A DNA stretch of 20,675 nucleotides from positions 1 to 20,675 of the forward strand of contig JAWAJB010000012.1 of assembly GCA_038888155.1 (NCBI GenBank), given 5' to 3'. This document shows, one piece after another, positions 18,779 to 20,675 of the stretch. Origin of the DNA: Desulfurococcaceae archaeon. Its GTDB lineage: Archaea; Thermoproteota; Thermoprotei_A; Sulfolobales; Desulfurococcaceae. The first letter of the stretch is position 1. Every line of letters starts with the position of its first letter. A model generated the notes under the pieces. The model saw nothing but the letters and a program-made list of their open reading frames with translations. It was not told where the DNA came from and made no database searches. Made by a program: the position numbers and the translations under genes.

Positions 18779-19894
18779 TTATATTTCACCCCTTTTTAGT
18801 CTTCCTCTTACTATTCTCATATTTTCATCTACATTGCTGAGAAAATTTATCAAAAGGTTTTTAACAGCATTTAAATCGCTTATGGAGACAGTTTCTATGG
18901 GGCTATGAGCATACCTACATGGCACCCCTATGTCTATTGCCGGTATCCCTTCTTTTAATACCGGAAGAAAGGATGCATCTGTTAATCCTCCAAAGAAAGT
19001 AGATCTCTGATATGGAATGTTATTTTCTTCTGCAAATTTTTCAAAAAGTTCAACAAGTTTAGGATGTGGAATTAGACCACCAAGTGTTCCTCTGCCGTGA
19101 AATGAAAACATTTGTAAGACTACCCCCTTTCCTAATCTTACATCTGCTCCGAAATTTCTTAGATCCGGGGTATCAGTAGCTACTGCTATATCCAAGCAGA
19201 TCGCAAAATCCGGCGAAATTTTATAAGCCGCTGGCAGAGATCCTCTAACGTTGAATTCCTCAAGTACTGTTGCCACAAAATAAAGTGTCCCTTTAGGCCT
19301 TTTTTGAGAAAGTACCTTTAAAGTTTCTAGAAGCACGTATAAAGCTGCTCTATTATCCATCGCTTTACTTACGATATATTTTCCATTTAATATGGCCATA
19401 TTTGGCTTAAAAACAACAGGATCGCCCACTCTTATTCCAAGTTTTTCAGCTTCTTCTTTATTTTCTGCCCCTATATCAATATACATGTCTTTAATATCCT
19501 CAAGCTCCTTCTGATAAGCTGCCAGATGATGTGCTTTTATACCGATAATTCCTTCAACGAGACCTTTTCGTGTTAATACTTGAACTTCTCTTGCGAAAAG
19601 TGTTTTAGGCTCAATTCCACCCAACCTTTCAAAGCGCAGATATCCATCATCATCTATTCTCCTTATAATAAGCCCTATTTCATCCATATGAGCTAAAACC
19701 ATTACTTTAGGTGCCTTTTCATTAGTACCCTTGAGTACTCCTATAACATTTCCAATATTATCGATTTCTACGGCATCAGCATACTCAGCCATACATTCTC
19801 TTATAAATGAAATCATTTTATCTTCATAGCCTGATGGTGCCGGAATTTCGGTTAGCTTTCTTAAGAGATCATAACTCACCATGTCGCATCTCAT
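18779..19894 (-). CDS. sgcX: M42 family metallopeptidase/hydrolase, SgcX-like subgroup
   Basis: M42 motifs PSGYE, AHMDEIG, KAMDNR, EE and RYAHSP. EEFNVRG, DTPDL and HGRGTLGGLI match E. coli SgcX as recalled. Alternative start at 19882. Confidence 0.85.
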   Translation of the reverse strand: MRCDMVSYDLLRKLTEIPAPSGYEDKMISFIRECMAEYADAVEIDNIGNVIGVLKGTNEKAPKVMVLAHMDEIGLIIRRIDDDGYLRFERLGGIEPKTLFAREVQVLTRKGLVEGIIGIKAHHLAAYQKELEDIKDMYIDIGAENKEEAEKLGIRVGDPVVFKPNMAILNGKYIVSKAMDNRAALYVLLETLKVLSQKRPKGTLYFVATVLEEFNVRGSLPAAYKISPDFAICLDIAVATDTPDLRNFGADVRLGKGVVLQMFSFHGRGTLGGLIPHPKLVELFEKFAEENNIPYQRSTFFGGLTDASFLPVLKEGIPAIDIGVPCRYAHSPIETVSISDLNAVKNLLINFLSNVDENMRIVRGRLKRGEI

Positions 19895-20014
19895 TCTCGC
19901 ATATTTTTCGAATAAGCTTAATTTATTTTTTAAGAGAATAAATATAAATATAATAAGAAGTGAAGTATAAAAAGGCTGGTAGCCCGGCCCGGATTCGAAC
20001 CGGGGTCGCGGGGT

Positions 20015-20036
20015 CTCTCCTCTTGCGGCCTAAGAT
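20015..20036 (-). other. Canonical 37/38 tRNA intron (22 nt) with strict bulge-helix-bulge
   Basis: ATCTTAGGCCGCAAGAGGAGAG. Central helix CUUU/GGAG, bulges GGA and AGA, inner helix UCUU/AAGA. Confidence 0.92.
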
Positions 20037-20052
20037 CCAAAGCCCCGCATCA

Positions 20053-20083
20053 CTAGCCACCCACCATTCTGACCAGTCTGGGT
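20053..20083 (-). other. Non-canonical D-loop tRNA intron (31 nt, position 21/22) with relaxed BHB
   Basis: ACCCAGACTGGTCAGAATGGTGGGTGGCTAG. Central helix GGCC/GGCU, bulges AAA and AGU, inner CCCA/UGGG. Removal restores D stem GUC/GAU. Confidence 0.8.
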
Positions 20084-20126
20084 TTGGCCGCTAGACCACC
20101 GGGCTTGCCATAATATTGTTTTCAAA

Positions 20127-20138
20127 CTTAAACTTAAA
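20127..20138 (-). promoter_or_regulatory. Putative TATA box of tRNA-Gln
   Basis: Minus strand TTTAAG x2, 22-33 nt upstream of the mature tRNA 5' end. Confidence 0.5.
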
Positions 20139-20292
20139 CCTAAGGAGGTATGCAGGAAAGGGGTAGGTTTCTTGCTAGCTCTATCTGCGCGGCAGATGAG
20201 GCGATAAGGCGCGCCTTGGAGAGCCGCGAGTGAGCACGGCCCACTCGGGTAAAATTTAAGAAGAGGCTTAACCGTGATTCGGCCGAATAGTC

Positions 20293-20610
20293 ATGGAGTA
20301 CATTTACGCCGCCTTGCTCCTGCACAGGGCCGGTCAGCAGATCACCGAGGAGAATGTGAAGAAGGTTCTCTCCGCCGCCGGAGTAAACCCGGATGAGGCG
20401 AGGATTAAGGCCCTCGTAGCAGCCCTCTCGGAGATCAATATAGATGAGGTGTTGAAGAGCGCGACAGCGATGCCGCTCGCGCCAGTAGCCGCCGCTCCAG
20501 CAGCAGCACCATCAGAAGAGAAGAAGCCGGAGGCGAAGGAGGAGAAGAAAGAGGAGGAGAAGAAGTCCGAGGAGGAGGCCTTGGCAGGGCTGAGCGCGCT
20601 CTTCGGCTGA
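20293..20610 (+). CDS. rpl12: Archaeal 50S ribosomal stalk protein P1 (L12p)
   Basis: [11 protein letters not shown]...[13 protein letters not shown]...KALVAAL, Ala/Pro hinge, acidic tail and terminal GLSALFG. AAAATTTAAG TATA-like element at 20251-20260. Confidence 0.98.
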   Translation: MEYIYAALLLHRAGQQITEENVKKVLSAAGVNPDEARIKALVAALSEINIDEVLKSATAMPLAPVAAAPAAAPSEEKKPEAKEEKKEEEKKSEEEALAGLSALFG

Positions 20611-20675
20611 GATCCGCGGCCTCGGCAAACCCTTTATTACAACCTTTTATCGGGAGAAAGGCTTGAAGCGGAAGC

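Larger units (their letters stand above)
590..19976. mobile_element. AT-rich genomic island (catabolic cargo) abutting the tRNA-Gln 3' end; no mobility genes
   Basis: Abrupt drop from GC-rich flanks (first 60 nt are 60% GC) to roughly one-third GC by eye. GC returns exactly at the tRNA CCA (19977). The left boundary is approximate (~565-620). Confidence 0.65.
19977..20105 (-). tRNA. trnQ: tRNA-Gln(UUG) with two introns and encoded CCA
   Basis: Acceptor stem AGCCCGG/CCGGGCT-A-CCA with A1-U72, typical of archaeal tRNA-Gln. Anticodon arm CGGGG-CT-TTG-GA-CCCCG with anticodon at 20040-20038. T arm CCCGG-TTCGAAT-CCGGG. 129 nt minus 31 and 22 nt gives 76 nt. Confidence 0.95.

Noticed and set aside
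4204-20325. Short antisense or overlapping ORFs (e.g. 4204-4386, 4480-4683, 8202-8483, 8941-9309, 9791-10018, 11882-12070, 12236-12514, 12524-12745, 13031-13240, 13944-14156, 14129-14488, 14761-15000, 15369-15557, 16318-16530, 16852-17052, 17380-17628, 18489-18713, 20140-20325)
   Set aside because: They lie opposite well-supported genes and show no recognisable motifs.
1-20675. CRISPR arrays, defence systems, IS elements, rRNA
   Set aside because: No repeat-spacer periodicity, transposase or defence motifs seen; intergenic gaps are too short.

Overview
Archaeal DNA, most likely a TACK-group lineage; this is inferred from the P1/L12 protein, a two-intron tRNA, BRE/TATA promoters and a Tat-exported, Thr-linker solute-binding protein. 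GC-rich core genes lie at both ends: a truncated endonuclease IV (nfo) and a Zn-ribbon gene on the left, and tRNA-Gln(UUG) with two introns plus a stand-alone rpl12 on the right. Between them is a ~19.4-kb AT-rich block that ends exactly at the tRNA 3' end. The block is an uncharacterised carbohydrate(-conjugate) utilisation locus. It encodes one CUT1 ABC importer with a reciprocally degenerate ATPase pair, three divergent FGGY kinases, a FucI/AraA-like isomerase, a cupin and two paralogues of an unassigned phosphate-binding TIM barrel. It also encodes an SgcQ and an SgcX homologue (the orphan E. coli sgc genes) and three more hydrolases (M20, cyclase/KynB-like, alpha/beta). No integrase, regulator, dehydrogenase or glycoside hydrolase is recognisable. 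Family calls come from motif reading and recalled sequences only; no searches were run and the substrate cannot be determined from sequence.
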